Positions 18,707-30,095 of a stretch of 64,000 bases of DNA are shown piece after piece; within the stretch, counting starts at the first letter, position 1; each line of letters opens with the position of its first letter. The stretch lies in assembly GCA_934168305.1 (NCBI GenBank), contig CAKPNF010000002.1, positions 32,308 to 96,307 on the forward strand, in the 5' to 3' direction. The notes below the pieces were generated by a model, which saw only the letters and a list, made by a program, of their open reading frames with translations, was not told the origin of the DNA and searched no databases. This DNA is from an uncultured Clostridia bacterium (lineage in GTDB: Bacteria > Bacillota > Clostridia > TANB77 > CAG-508). A program made the translations under genes and the position numbers.

Positions 18707-20605
18707 ATGTCGCAAAAAAAGAGAATTAGAGATAGACTATTTCCTGAAGGAGGAAAAACTAGAAGTTACTTAAGAACAGCAAATAGATTTGTAAAAAGTA
18801 TATTTAGTATAAAATATTTAAAAGAACAAAAAAATAAGATTAAAGAAAAAGGGTGGAGAGTCACATGGATTGAAATGAAAAGATATATGGTTATGGGAAC
18901 TGCTGCAGAACCAGAAAATCTATATCAAATGTGGATAGAAAACAATGAACCAACCAAGGAAGAAATTGAAGAACAAAGAAATAAAAAATTTAAATTGAAT
19001 CCAAAAATAAGTATAATAATTCCAATGTATAACACTCCACTAAATTTCTTTAAAGAATTAGTTGATAGTTTAATAGACCAAACTTATACAAATTGGGAGT
19101 TATGTTTGGCAGATGGAAGCCCTGAAAAAAATCAAAAATTAGAAAAAATATACAAAAAAGATGAAAGAATAAAGTATAAATTTATAGGAGAAAACAAGGG
19201 AATTGCTGGAAACACAAACGAAGCCTTATCTCTAGTTACAGGTGATTTTGTCGCATTATTAGACCATGATGATTTATTACCAATATTTTCTTTATATGAA
19301 ATAGTAAAATGTATAAACGAAAACCCTGATGTCGAATTTATATACACAGATGAAGACAAGTTTGAAAAAATAGGTGGAAAAAGGTACGACCCATATTTTA
19401 AATCAGACTTTGCACCAGACACACTAAGAGCAAACAACTTTATCTGCCATTTTAGTGTATTTAAAAAAGAATTAATAAACAAGTTAGGTGGATTTAGAAA
19501 TGAATATGATGGAGCTCAAGATTATGACATTTTACTTAGAATGAGTGAAGAGACTAATAATATTATACACATTCCAAAGATTTTGTATCATTGGAGAGTA
19601 CATAGTTTATCTACTGCAAAATCAGGTGGAACAGCAAAACCATATGCATATGAAGCAGGAATAAAAGCGATTCAAGACCACATTGATAGAATTGGATTAA
19701 AAGGTACAGTAGAATCTGGAAATACATTGGGAACATACAAAGTAAATTATGAAATACAAGGTAATCCAAAGGTTTCAATAGTAATTCCTAACAAAGATTA
19801 CATAAAGACATTAAAAGTATGTTTAAATTCCATAAAAAAACTTACAACATATGAAAATTATGAAATTATAATAGTTGAAAATAATAGTGAAGAAAAAGAA
19901 ACATTTGAATATTACAAAAAAATAGATGGCAAAGATAAGATAAAAGTAGTATATTTCCCAGAAAAAGAATTTAACTATTCAAAAATAATAAATTTTGGAG
20001 TTAAAAATTCAACAGGAGAATATATAGTTCAACTTAATAATGATACAGAACTATTAACGCCAAATTGGTTGCAAGAAATGCTTGGATTTGCACAAAGAGA
20101 TGATGTAGGAGCAGTGGGAGCAGAATTGTTTTATCCAGATAATACAATTCAACACGCCGGAATCATAATAGGAATTGGAGGAGTTGCTGGACATGTATTT
20201 AAAAATTTACCAAAAGGAATACATGGATACTTTTCAAAAGACGCAATGATACAAAACTTAAGTGCTGTAACGGCAGCATGTATAATGACACCAAAATCAG
20301 TTTATGACGAAGTTGGATATATGGATGAAAAATTCAAAGTAGCATTTAATGATGTTGATTTTTGTTTAAAAATTAGACAGACAGGAAAGCTAATTGTATA
20401 TAATCCATATGTACAATTTACACATTATGAATCAAAAAGTAGAGGATTTGAAGATACTCCTGAAAAGAAAAAAAGATTTCAATCAGAAATAGATAGATTC
20501 CATGATAAATGGCAATCAGTTTTAGAAAAAGGAGACCCATATTATAACAAAAATTTAAGATTAGATAATGACCAATGTGCTATAAGAACAGAAAAAGTAA
20601 AATAA
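18707..20605 (+). CDS. two-domain glycosyltransferase family 2
   Basis: Two GT2 modules: ISIIIPMYNTPL...DQTY and VSIVIPNKDY...IIVENNS, each with a downstream DxD motif. Confidence 0.75.
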   Translation: MSQKKRIRDRLFPEGGKTRSYLRTANRFVKSIFSIKYLKEQKNKIKEKGWRVTWIEMKRYMVMGTAAEPENLYQMWIENNEPTKEEIEEQRNKKFKLNPKISIIIPMYNTPLNFFKELVDSLIDQTYTNWELCLADGSPEKNQKLEKIYKKDERIKYKFIGENKGIAGNTNEALSLVTGDFVALLDHDDLLPIFSLYEIVKCINENPDVEFIYTDEDKFEKIGGKRYDPYFKSDFAPDTLRANNFICHFSVFKKELINKLGGFRNEYDGAQDYDILLRMSEETNNIIHIPKILYHWRVHSLSTAKSGGTAKPYAYEAGIKAIQDHIDRIGLKGTVESGNTLGTYKVNYEIQGNPKVSIVIPNKDYIKTLKVCLNSIKKLTTYENYEIIIVENNSEEKETFEYYKKIDGKDKIKVVYFPEKEFNYSKIINFGVKNSTGEYIVQLNNDTELLTPNWLQEMLGFAQRDDVGAVGAELFYPDNTIQHAGIIIGIGGVAGHVFKNLPKGIHGYFSKDAMIQNLSAVTAACIMTPKSVYDEVGYMDEKFKVAFNDVDFCLKIRQTGKLIVYNPYVQFTHYESKSRGFEDTPEKKKRFQSEIDRFHDKWQSVLEKGDPYYNKNLRLDNDQCAIRTEKVK

Positions 20606-20627
20606 GAGAGGAAAAGGAAAAAACAAA

Positions 20628-22349
20628 ATGAAGCAAAAAATATTTAATACTTTAAAAAATTATGGTTTAGTAATCTTTGTTATTATTGTATCAATAATAA
20701 AAATTATAAGTATACTTAATATTCCTATATATGCAATTGCACCATCATCAATAGATGATAGATTAATGATTAATATAGGAAATTCACTATTATCAAAAAA
20801 ATGGCTAGGAACTTATGACCAATTTACTTTAGTAAAAGGAATGATGTTCCCACTATTTTTAGCAATTAGTCATTACATAGGGATACCTTATACAGTAGCA
20901 ACAATATGTTTATATATCATATCAAGTATTATATTTATACATATGTTAAAAAATATAATTAAAAATAAATATTTATTAGGATTTATATTTTTAGTATTAG
21001 TATTTAATCCTGTTACAACATCAATAAACACACTTTCAAGGGTGTATAGAAATTGTCTAACACCTTCACAAGTATTGTTAATCATTGGATGTTGTATGCA
21101 AGTTTACTTCAAAATAAATGAGAAAACAAAAACAAAATATTTATGGGCTATACTTGGTGGAATTAGTTTAGCAAGTTTTTATAACACAAGAGAAGACTCT
21201 GTTTGGATAATACCATTTATTATGTTTTTCATAATAATTACAATAATCAAAATATTGATAAATAAAGAAGAAACAAAGAATAAATTGACAAATGTGATAT
21301 GTGTTTTTATACCATGTATAATTTTAATTGCTACAAATACAATAATATCTACATTAAACTATAAATATTATGGCATTTATACAACAAATGAATTAAATGA
21401 TAGTGCATTTACAAGAGCAATGAAAAATATATATGCAGTAAAAAATCCTGATAATATAGAATATGTATCTGTTTCAAGAAAAAAATTAGAAGAAATATAT
21501 AAAGTTTCACCAACAATGAATCAATTAAAGGACAATTTAGATAATGCAATAGAAATATATATGGTGGCAGACAGACACCCAAGCGATAATGAAGTAGAAG
21601 ATGGATGGTTTTTCTGGTGTTTAAGACATGCAGTTTCAACTGCTGGATATTATGATACAGCACAACATGCAGAAGAAATTTACAACAAAATTTCAGATGA
21701 AATAGAACAAGCATTTAAAGAAGGAAATTTGGAAAAACAAAATGTTATGCCATCAGCATTGATGTCTCCATGGAGAGAAGGACATTTTGAAAAATTATAC
21801 AATGCTTTTGCAAAAATATTATATTTTGTACCATCATATACAGATGTAACAACAGAAGCTCTAGAAAGTATAGGAGATGGTAGTGATGGAATTGCACTTT
21901 TTGAAGAATTAACTAATAATAAAGCAATTTATCCTAATGATTCATATAAAACAATATATGAGTTAAATGTATCATCTTATATAAAAAGATTAAACCTTAT
22001 TACTAAAGTATATCAAAAAACCGGAATACCAGTTGCAATTATGGGTGTAGTATTATATGCATTAATTATAATAAAAGCTATATTAGGAATTAGAAAAAAA
22101 GAATATAAATACTTACAAATATTTTTAGTTTTAAGTGGAATTTTAGGAAGTTTTATAGTTTTAGCAGTAGGTGTTTCATATAACGAAATAGCATCATGTC
22201 CATCAATAAATTATATGTATTTATCAGGTGCATACCCACTTACAATAAGCTTTTGGACTATAGGTGTAAGTGCATTTATTGAAGAGATAATATCAAAAAT
22301 AAAATCAAATAAGATAAAGGGGACAATAAGTGATGGAACAAAAAAATAA
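20628..22349 (+). CDS. polytopic membrane protein with a large extracytoplasmic domain (function unknown, within glycan locus)
   Basis: SD gagaggaaaagg. Multiple N-terminal TM helices, a ~230 aa hydrophilic segment, and C-terminal TM helices. Confidence 0.45.
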   Translation: MKQKIFNTLKNYGLVIFVIIVSIIKIISILNIPIYAIAPSSIDDRLMINIGNSLLSKKWLGTYDQFTLVKGMMFPLFLAISHYIGIPYTVATICLYIISSIIFIHMLKNIIKNKYLLGFIFLVLVFNPVTTSINTLSRVYRNCLTPSQVLLIIGCCMQVYFKINEKTKTKYLWAILGGISLASFYNTREDSVWIIPFIMFFIIITIIKILINKEETKNKLTNVICVFIPCIILIATNTIISTLNYKYYGIYTTNELNDSAFTRAMKNIYAVKNPDNIEYVSVSRKKLEEIYKVSPTMNQLKDNLDNAIEIYMVADRHPSDNEVEDGWFFWCLRHAVSTAGYYDTAQHAEEIYNKISDEIEQAFKEGNLEKQNVMPSALMSPWREGHFEKLYNAFAKILYFVPSYTDVTTEALESIGDGSDGIALFEELTNNKAIYPNDSYKTIYELNVSSYIKRLNLITKVYQKTGIPVAIMGVVLYALIIIKAILGIRKKEYKYLQIFLVLSGILGSFIVLAVGVSYNEIASCPSINYMYLSGAYPLTISFWTIGVSAFIEEIISKIKSNKIKGTISDGTKK

Positions 22350-24057
22350 AATAATAAATAAATTTTCTATAAAAATTTGTACGGCTATCTTATATGTAAT
22401 TGCAATATTGTATTTTGAAATAGCGTATTGCAATTCTGTAGCTGTAAGTAATTTCATAAATGGAGAATCAATACATTATAATGTTTCATTTTGTAGAATT
22501 GTAATGTATACATTATTTGCAATAATTTTTGCAGTATTATCATTTTCAAAAAGAGATTTTTGGAAAGAAATTGAAGATACCAATAAAAATAAATTTAAGA
22601 GAATTTTAATATACTTATGCTTAATATGTGAAATTATAACAATTATTGTAGCAACATTAGTAATAATAAAAAAACCACAATTATCAAGAGGAATTAGTAT
22701 AGGTATTATAACAACATTAATGATATCAATATTTATTATAAATGTTTCAAAGAATATTGCAAAAAATGTTATTGTTATAACATTTTCATTAGGAATAGTA
22801 TATTCAATAACAACAAGCTTTAATCATGCAATTGATGAAAAAAAGCATTTTATGACAGCATTTAATATTTCGTTTTTAAATTTTGATTATGAGAAAAATC
22901 CAATAACAGACAAAAAAGTAGAAGAATTACCACAACTTAGTAAATTTACAACAATAGATAAATTTCTAGAAGGAAAATATGTACCTGAAATAACAAGTGA
23001 AGTAAATATGGAAGATACACCATCAACACCAACGAATTATAAAGCTATATTATATATATTTCCAGCAATAGGAATTACAATTGCAAGAGTTTTAGGTGGA
23101 AGTATAATTGATATATATATTATGGGAAGAATATTTAATTTAATACTATATGCAATTTTGATTTATATAGCAATAAAAATAATTCCATATAAAAAGAATA
23201 TATTATTTGTCTTAGCAATGATGCCGTATATGTTATTATTAGCAGGCTCATATTCAATTGATGGATACTGTATAGGAACAGCATTTATATTTATAGCATA
23301 TTGTTTAAAATTAAAAAAAGAAGCAGAGACAATAAGTCTTAAACAATTTATAATACTAGCTATACTATATGGATTTTTGTTAATTGCAAAGAATATGGCT
23401 TATTTATTTACAGGATTAATAGTTTTAATGTTACCAATAAGAAAAACATTGCAAAAAAATAAAAAATATTTACCTATCATTATTACAATAACTGTTTTGT
23501 GTATCATATTAATAGGTGCTTTGTTGCTAATGGCTAAAAGTAGTAATATAGTCACAGATGATAGAACAACAGGAAATGATGCTCAAAGTCAAATGAATTA
23601 TATGTTAACACATCCATTACATGATATTAGATTAGCTTTTGAACAAATAAAAAACACTTTATTTAGTTTTGATTGGATTTGCATGTTACATTACAATATT
23701 TTCTTTACTCAAAATGCAAAATATGTAATGTTACCATTATTGTTATTTATTCTATATGTATCTTTAACAGAAGACGACTTTAATTTTGAAAACAAAAATA
23801 AGATAATAATGATTATTTCATTTTTACTAGTATTAGGAATGACAAGTGCTGCATTATATTTATGCTTTACTGAAGTTGGAGCGTTATATGTTGCAGGATA
23901 TCAAACAAGATATATAGTACCAATATTACCACTATTATTATTTACAATATCTAATAATAGTATAAAAGTACAGAAAAAAGAGAGCAGAAATCAAAATATA
24001 GCTATAATGCAAGCAGCATTTATAGCAATTGGACTTTTACAATTAATTCTTGTATAA
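22333..24057 (+). CDS. polytopic membrane protein, candidate GT-C / GtrC-like glycosyltransferase
   Basis: More than 10 predicted TM helices with a periplasmic loop. Overlaps the upstream gene. No soluble catalytic domain. Confidence 0.4.
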   Translation: MEQKNKIINKFSIKICTAILYVIAILYFEIAYCNSVAVSNFINGESIHYNVSFCRIVMYTLFAIIFAVLSFSKRDFWKEIEDTNKNKFKRILIYLCLICEIITIIVATLVIIKKPQLSRGISIGIITTLMISIFIINVSKNIAKNVIVITFSLGIVYSITTSFNHAIDEKKHFMTAFNISFLNFDYEKNPITDKKVEELPQLSKFTTIDKFLEGKYVPEITSEVNMEDTPSTPTNYKAILYIFPAIGITIARVLGGSIIDIYIMGRIFNLILYAILIYIAIKIIPYKKNILFVLAMMPYMLLLAGSYSIDGYCIGTAFIFIAYCLKLKKEAETISLKQFIILAILYGFLLIAKNMAYLFTGLIVLMLPIRKTLQKNKKYLPIIITITVLCIILIGALLLMAKSSNIVTDDRTTGNDAQSQMNYMLTHPLHDIRLAFEQIKNTLFSFDWICMLHYNIFFTQNAKYVMLPLLLFILYVSLTEDDFNFENKNKIIMIISFLLVLGMTSAALYLCFTEVGALYVAGYQTRYIVPILPLLLFTISNNSIKVQKKESRNQNIAIMQAAFIAIGLLQLILV

Positions 24058-24075
24058 GATGAAAGGAATATAAAA

Positions 24076-25956
24076 TTGAAAAATAAAGAATTAAATACAA
24101 CAAAAAATGAAAGTATGAAAAAAATAAATATAAGTTTTTATTTATTATTAGTCTTTTTTATACAAGTGATTTTTTCAGACATAATAATTTATTTTACAGG
24201 TATTAGATATATTTTTGCACAAATTATCGCTTTAGTATTAAATATTTTATTAAATGTATTTTTAATAAAAAAGAATATAATAAAAATAAAAAATGATTTT
24301 AATAAATGGGATTTAATATTTTTAATTATATGGTTTTCTGTTGTAAGTATGACTATAATATTTCCAGATGGATTCTGGGATTCATACAGTTACCATATAT
24401 ATTTACAAAAAAATACATTCAATGACAAAATAAACTTTGACTTTTTTCCAGGAAGAACATTAACCACATATGTTTTTCCATTAGCAGATAGATTATTTTA
24501 CTTATTTAGAGCAAAATTAGGATTTAGATTGGGAACATTACCTGGATATTTATTATTTATTGTAATGTTTTACCAAATTAAAAAAATACTAAAAAAATTT
24601 ACTGAAAAAAGTATAAAGGAAAGCTATTTATCAATATTATCAATTTTACCACTATGCACATTTATTATCTTACAACAGATGGGGACATATTATATTGATA
24701 ACTTTTCAATAGTAATTTTATTGGAATTTATATATATAGTTTTATTTGAAAATGAGAATATATTCAAAGATAAAGCAAAATTATATTTTTTTGTATTTAT
24801 AGTAGGATTAGGTGTCTGTATAAAAATAACAAATGCAATATACATGATATTACCAATTGTTTATATATTAATAAAAAATATAAAAGATATTGGAAAATTA
24901 AAATGGTATGACTATATACTTCTAATTATAATAGGAATATTACCAATGTTCCCATATTTAATTGATACAATCGTTCAAACGGGAAGTCCAGTATTTCCAT
25001 ATTATAATACAATTTTTAAATCTCAATATTTTGCAGATGAAAATTGGTTAGATACAAGATTTGGACCAAAAAATTTAACTCAATTAATATTTTGGCCATT
25101 TTATATAATAAAACATCCAAACCTAGCATATGAAACAGCAGAAACAGATTTACATTTTGTAAGCGGATATATATTTTCAATAATATATATGTTATATTAT
25201 ATATGCTATAATTTAATATATAAAAGAATAATAAAAAAAGAAAAAATAAAATTAACCATTGAATTTTTATATTCCGCATATTTATTATATCTATATCTAA
25301 CTTGGGGGAAATTTGTAATTGGCTATACAAGATATGCTGGAATAATAGCAGTATTATCCGCAATATTTGCAATAAAAATTCTAATTGAAAGCATAGATAA
25401 AAAGCAAATAGCAAAAATTGTAGTAATTTCATGGTTATTATGTGCAGCAGCATATCAAGGAGTTCATAATTATATTGGATATGGCTCACTATCAAATTAT
25501 GTTTCTTTAATAAATGGAAATAAAGATATAGTTGGATATATAAAATCAAATATTTCAACACTGTTAAAAGACCAAGATTATCTAAAATATGATATTAATG
25601 GAATATGGGGAGTTATATATGATGATAGTGCTGTTCCATCAATGTTAAACGTAGATGATAAAATAGTACATTTAGAATATGGAACAAAAACAGGGGAGAC
25701 AGAAATATCTCAAAAAATATATTGGGATAATGTACTAGAAAATAATATTTTTGTTCCTTTATATAATTCAACATTAGTAGGAAAACTACAATACTTAGAT
25801 TTATATAATTTTGAAATCACTGAAATAAAAGATGTATTAACAAATGTAACATATTTAAACAATGGTGGACCAATATACATTGTAAAAGTAAAATATAACG
25901 AAGATAAAAAACTATCAAATCAAGAAATATTTAACAATTTGATAAATGAGATGTAA
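24076..25956 (+). CDS. polytopic membrane protein, candidate GT-C fold glycosyltransferase
   Basis: TTG start behind gaaagga. More than 10 TM helices. First extracytoplasmic loop FPDGFWDSYSYH. Confidence 0.4.
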   Translation: MKNKELNTTKNESMKKINISFYLLLVFFIQVIFSDIIIYFTGIRYIFAQIIALVLNILLNVFLIKKNIIKIKNDFNKWDLIFLIIWFSVVSMTIIFPDGFWDSYSYHIYLQKNTFNDKINFDFFPGRTLTTYVFPLADRLFYLFRAKLGFRLGTLPGYLLFIVMFYQIKKILKKFTEKSIKESYLSILSILPLCTFIILQQMGTYYIDNFSIVILLEFIYIVLFENENIFKDKAKLYFFVFIVGLGVCIKITNAIYMILPIVYILIKNIKDIGKLKWYDYILLIIIGILPMFPYLIDTIVQTGSPVFPYYNTIFKSQYFADENWLDTRFGPKNLTQLIFWPFYIIKHPNLAYETAETDLHFVSGYIFSIIYMLYYICYNLIYKRIIKKEKIKLTIEFLYSAYLLYLYLTWGKFVIGYTRYAGIIAVLSAIFAIKILIESIDKKQIAKIVVISWLLCAAAYQGVHNYIGYGSLSNYVSLINGNKDIVGYIKSNISTLLKDQDYLKYDINGIWGVIYDDSAVPSMLNVDDKIVHLEYGTKTGETEISQKIYWDNVLENNIFVPLYNSTLVGKLQYLDLYNFEITEIKDVLTNVTYLNNGGPIYIVKVKYNEDKKLSNQEIFNNLINEM

Positions 25957-25982
25957 TAATTAATTATAGGAGGATTTATATT

Positions 25983-26909
25983 ATGAATAGTAAAATAGCA
26001 GTTTTAATCCCATGTTACAATGAGGCTAAAACCATAGAAAAAGTAGTAAAAGATTATAAAAAGGCACTTCCAGAAGCTGATATATATGTATATGACAATA
26101 ATTCAACAGATGGAACAGATGAAATAGCAAGAAAAGCAGGAGCTATAGTTAAATATGAATATAGACAAGGAAAAGGTAATGTAATTAGAAGTATGTTTAG
26201 ACAAATAGATGCAGATTGCTATTTAATGGTAGATGGAGATGACACGTATCCAGCAGATAATGCTAGAAAAATGTGTGATTTAGTGTTAGAAGGAAAAGCA
26301 GATATGGTAATAGGAGATAGATTATCTTCAACATATTTTTCTGAAAATAAAAGAGCATTCCACAATTTTGGTAATAGAATAGTTAGACTATTAATAAATA
26401 AACTATTTAATAACGAAATTAAAGATATAATGACAGGATATAGAGCATTTAGCTATGAATTTGTAAAAACATACCCAGTGCTAGCAAAAGGATTTGAAAT
26501 TGAAACAGAAATGACAATACATGCTGTTGATAAGAATTTTTTATTACAAGAAGTACCAGTAGCATACAGAGATAGACCAGAAGGAAGTGTATCAAAATTA
26601 AACACATATAAAGATGGATTTAAAGTTTTAAAACTTATTGCAACATTATTTAAAGAATATAAACCATTCTTCTTCTTTAATATAGTGGCAATTATTTTAG
26701 CAATAATATCATTTATACTAATAATTCCAGTATTTAGTGCTTACTTTAAAACAGGACTAGTTGAAAGATTTCCAACATTAATAGTTGGAGGATTTATGAT
26801 GATAGCAGCAATTTTATCTTTTGTTTGTGGAGTAATATTAGATGTTATTGCAAAAAAACATAAACAATTATATGAATTAACATTAAATGAATTAAAAAAA
26901 GAAGATTAA
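25983..26909 (+). CDS. GT2 polyprenyl-phosphate sugar synthase (GtrB/DPM1-like) with C-terminal TM helices
   Basis: AVLIPCYNEAKTI...YVYDNNSTDGT, DGDDTYP, and two C-terminal TM helices. Confidence 0.7.
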   Translation: MNSKIAVLIPCYNEAKTIEKVVKDYKKALPEADIYVYDNNSTDGTDEIARKAGAIVKYEYRQGKGNVIRSMFRQIDADCYLMVDGDDTYPADNARKMCDLVLEGKADMVIGDRLSSTYFSENKRAFHNFGNRIVRLLINKLFNNEIKDIMTGYRAFSYEFVKTYPVLAKGFEIETEMTIHAVDKNFLLQEVPVAYRDRPEGSVSKLNTYKDGFKVLKLIATLFKEYKPFFFFNIVAIILAIISFILIIPVFSAYFKTGLVERFPTLIVGGFMMIAAILSFVCGVILDVIAKKHKQLYELTLNELKKED

Positions 26910-26926
26910 AGAGAGGAGAAAAGTAA

Positions 26927-27649
26927 TTGAAAACTTTACTAATAATTCCGGCATATAATGAGCAAGATAATATATTACGTACGGTGAACAAAATAAAAGA
27001 ACATAGTAGTGAATTAGATTATATTGTTATAAATGACTGTTCAACAGATTCAACCAAACAAGTTCTAGAAGAAAATAACATAAATCATATAAATCTCTTA
27101 AGAAATTTAGGAATTGGTGGTGCAGTCCAAACAGGATATAAATATGCGTATGATAATAATTATGATATAGCAATTCAGTTTGATGGAGATGGTCAACATG
27201 ATATAAACTATGTACAGAATATTTGCGAACCAGTAATATCAGGACAAGCTGATATGTGTATAGGAACAAGATATTTAGATAAAAGTAAAAGTGAATTTCA
27301 ATCGACTTTTATGAGAAGGCTAGGTTCAAGAATAATATCAGGATTTATAAAAATACTTACACACGAAAAAATAACAGATCCAACTTCTGGATTTAGAGCA
27401 GTAAATAAAAATATAATAAAAGAATTTGCACAAGAATATCCAAAAGATTATCCAGAACCAGAGTCAGAAGTTTCATTATTAGTTAACGGATATAAAATTA
27501 CAGAAGTACCAGTTAGCATGAATGAAAGAGAAGCAGGAGTATCTTCTTTAACAAAAAATATTTGGAAACCAATAGATTATATGGTTAAAGTTGTTTTAGC
27601 AATAATTGTTGATAGCATCAGTTTTAAAAGAAAAGGAGGTAAGAAATAA
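26927..27649 (+). CDS. GT2 polyprenyl-phosphate sugar synthase-like (GtrB-like, no C-terminal TM)
   Basis: TTG start behind agagaggag. LLIIPAYNEQDNI...IVINDCSTDST, FDGDGQHD. Confidence 0.7.
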   Translation: MKTLLIIPAYNEQDNILRTVNKIKEHSSELDYIVINDCSTDSTKQVLEENNINHINLLRNLGIGGAVQTGYKYAYDNNYDIAIQFDGDGQHDINYVQNICEPVISGQADMCIGTRYLDKSKSEFQSTFMRRLGSRIISGFIKILTHEKITDPTSGFRAVNKNIIKEFAQEYPKDYPEPESEVSLLVNGYKITEVPVSMNEREAGVSSLTKNIWKPIDYMVKVVLAIIVDSISFKRKGGKK

Positions 27650-28011
27650 TGCAAACAACATTGAAAATAGCACTAATAATAATCTTATTAATATATCTTT
27701 TTTGTATATCAAAATCTGTAAAACATAAAAACATGAAAATGAATTATTTAATTTTTTGGTCTATTACAGGATTAATTTTGATAATTGCATTATTAACTCC
27801 AAATTTTGTAGAAAATGTGTCATGGAAACTTGGATTTGAATTACCAATAAATATGATATTTAGCGGAGCAATATTTGTTATATTGTATTTGGTATTTGAT
27901 TTAACAAAACAAATCACAAAGGAACAAAATAAAAATGTAATGTTAATACAAGAAGTTTCAATTTTAAAGAAAAAAATAGAAAAACTAGAAAATAAAATAG
28001 AAGGTGAATAA
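27649..28011 (+). CDS. DUF2304-like small membrane protein (accessory to GtrB-type GT2)
   Basis: Two TM helices plus a C-terminal coiled coil. Immediately follows the GT2 gene. Confidence 0.55.
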   Translation: MQTTLKIALIIILLIYLFCISKSVKHKNMKMNYLIFWSITGLILIIALLTPNFVENVSWKLGFELPINMIFSGAIFVILYLVFDLTKQITKEQNKNVMLIQEVSILKKKIEKLENKIEGE

Positions 28012-28801
28012 GTTGAAAGAATTTAAAAATCATACATTTATAATTTGTGCTTATAAAGAATCTACATATTTAGAGGAATGCGTTAAATCTTTATTAAATC
28101 AAAAAGTAAAAAGCAATATAATAATGACAACATCAACACCTAATCAATACATAAAAGCTGTATCAGATAAATATCAAATTCCATTATATATAAATAATGG
28201 AGAAAAAGGAATAGGACAAGATTGGAACTTCGGTATAAGCAACGCAAACACAGATTATGTAACAATAGCACATCAAGATGATATATATAAACCAGATTAT
28301 CTAGAAGAGATAGTAAAACAATTAGAAAAAAACAATAATTTTGTAATTGCATTTACAGATTATAGAGAAATAAAGAATGGAAAAGAAATTCCATTAACAT
28401 CAAATTTAAGAATTAAAAAGATACTACTATTTCCACTAAGGGTATTTAAAAAATCAAAATTTATAAGAAGAAGAGCTTTATCGTTAGGCTCAAGTATATG
28501 TTGTCCAAGTGTAACTATAAATAAAAAAATTACAGGAGAGAACCCATATAAAACGGAATTAAAGTGTGATTTAGACTGGGATACATGGGATAAAATGTGC
28601 GAATATAATGAAAACTTTTTATATATACCAAAAGAACTAATGCAACACAGAATTCATGAAGAATCTGAAACATCAAATTTAATACAAAACAACACAAGAT
28701 TAGAAGAAGATTTATTAATGTTAAAAAGATATTGGCCAAATCCAGTAGCAAAATTTATAATGAAATTTTATGGAAATGCTATAAAAACAAATAAAATTTA
28801 A
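28004..28801 (+). CDS. glycosyltransferase family 2-like
   Basis: FIICAYKESTYLEECVKSLLNQ...AHQDDIYKPDY. Confidence 0.6.
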   Translation: MNKLKEFKNHTFIICAYKESTYLEECVKSLLNQKVKSNIIMTTSTPNQYIKAVSDKYQIPLYINNGEKGIGQDWNFGISNANTDYVTIAHQDDIYKPDYLEEIVKQLEKNNNFVIAFTDYREIKNGKEIPLTSNLRIKKILLFPLRVFKKSKFIRRRALSLGSSICCPSVTINKKITGENPYKTELKCDLDWDTWDKMCEYNENFLYIPKELMQHRIHEESETSNLIQNNTRLEEDLLMLKRYWPNPVAKFIMKFYGNAIKTNKI

Positions 28802-28832
28802 TAACAATGCTAAGAAAGGAATATTTCATAAA

Positions 28833-30095
28833 ATGGAAAAAAGTATTCAATTTAGAAAAAATTTTATATGGAATATATTAGGTACAGGATTTAATTCTTT
28901 CAATTCATTATTTTTTATGATTATTGCAACAAGAATTAATGGGATTGATGAAGCAGGAATTTTCACTCTTGCTTTTTCAACAGCCTGTATCTTATATTCA
29001 TTTGGAATATATGTAGGTAGAATATATCAAGTTACAGAACTAGATAAAGAAATTACAGATAAAGATTTTATAATAAATAGACTAATAACAACATTATTAA
29101 TGCCAGTATTGTTATTATTTTTCTGTATTTTTAGAGGATATAATGCAGAAAAAACAATAATATTTTTACTTTTAACTCTATATAAAGCATTAGATGCATT
29201 TAGTGATGTTATATATGGTATATTACAGAAAAATGATGAATTACATATCGCAGGAAAATCATTATTTATGAAATCATTATTTTCTATTATTATATTTTTA
29301 ATTGTAGATATAATTATAAAAAATATGACAATAGCAATAATATCAATGATAATTGTATGTATATTAATTTTTATTATATATGATTATAGGAAAGCAAAAC
29401 AACTAATCAATTTTAAAGTTAAAGTTAATCTTAAAAATGTATTTTCAATATTCAAAAAAGGATTTTTTGTCTTTGCAATTTCATTTTTAAGTATGTATGT
29501 TTTGAACTCTCCAAAATACGCAATAGATACATATTTACAAGAAAACTATCAAACAATATTTGGAATAATAGTTATGCCAGCTACAGTAATAGGACTAATT
29601 TCTACTTTTTTAATACATCCATATTTGAATGATATACTAGAATTATATGAAAAGGGAAAAGAAAAAGAATTTAATAAAATACTATTAAAAATAATAATTT
29701 GTATTACAATAATAGGAATTATATCAACAATTATAGCTTACCTAATTGGAACTCAAGTTTTAGGATTAATTTATGGAATTGACTTAAGTGCACACAAAAT
29801 AGAACTAGCAGTTATAATTATATCGGCAACAATATATACGATGGGAACAATATGTTCTTCATTCTTAACAGTTGTTAGAGAAACATTTTCTCAATTTATA
29901 ATTTATGTTATTGTTTCTGTATTTGCACTTTTTGTATCAAACATACTAGTAAGTATATACAAAATAGAGGGGGCAGTAATAGCTTATTTTCTTATAATGC
30001 TAACACAATTCTTATTATATATAATTTATACAAAAATAAGAATGAAACAAATATTTTCTAGAAAAATTAAGGAGAATGAAATAAATGAACAATAA
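28833..30095 (+). CDS. Wzx-like oligosaccharide flippase / polysaccharide biosynthesis protein (MOP superfamily)
   Basis: About 12 TM helices. N-terminal FIWNILGTGFNSFNSLFFMIIATRINGIDEAGIF is typical of polysaccharide biosynthesis (Wzx) proteins. Confidence 0.65.
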   Translation: MEKSIQFRKNFIWNILGTGFNSFNSLFFMIIATRINGIDEAGIFTLAFSTACILYSFGIYVGRIYQVTELDKEITDKDFIINRLITTLLMPVLLLFFCIFRGYNAEKTIIFLLLTLYKALDAFSDVIYGILQKNDELHIAGKSLFMKSLFSIIIFLIVDIIIKNMTIAIISMIIVCILIFIIYDYRKAKQLINFKVKVNLKNVFSIFKKGFFVFAISFLSMYVLNSPKYAIDTYLQENYQTIFGIIVMPATVIGLISTFLIHPYLNDILELYEKGKEKEFNKILLKIIICITIIGIISTIIAYLIGTQVLGLIYGIDLSAHKIELAVIIISATIYTMGTICSSFLTVVRETFSQFIIYVIVSVFALFVSNILVSIYKIEGAVIAYFLIMLTQFLLYIIYTKIRMKQIFSRKIKENEINEQ

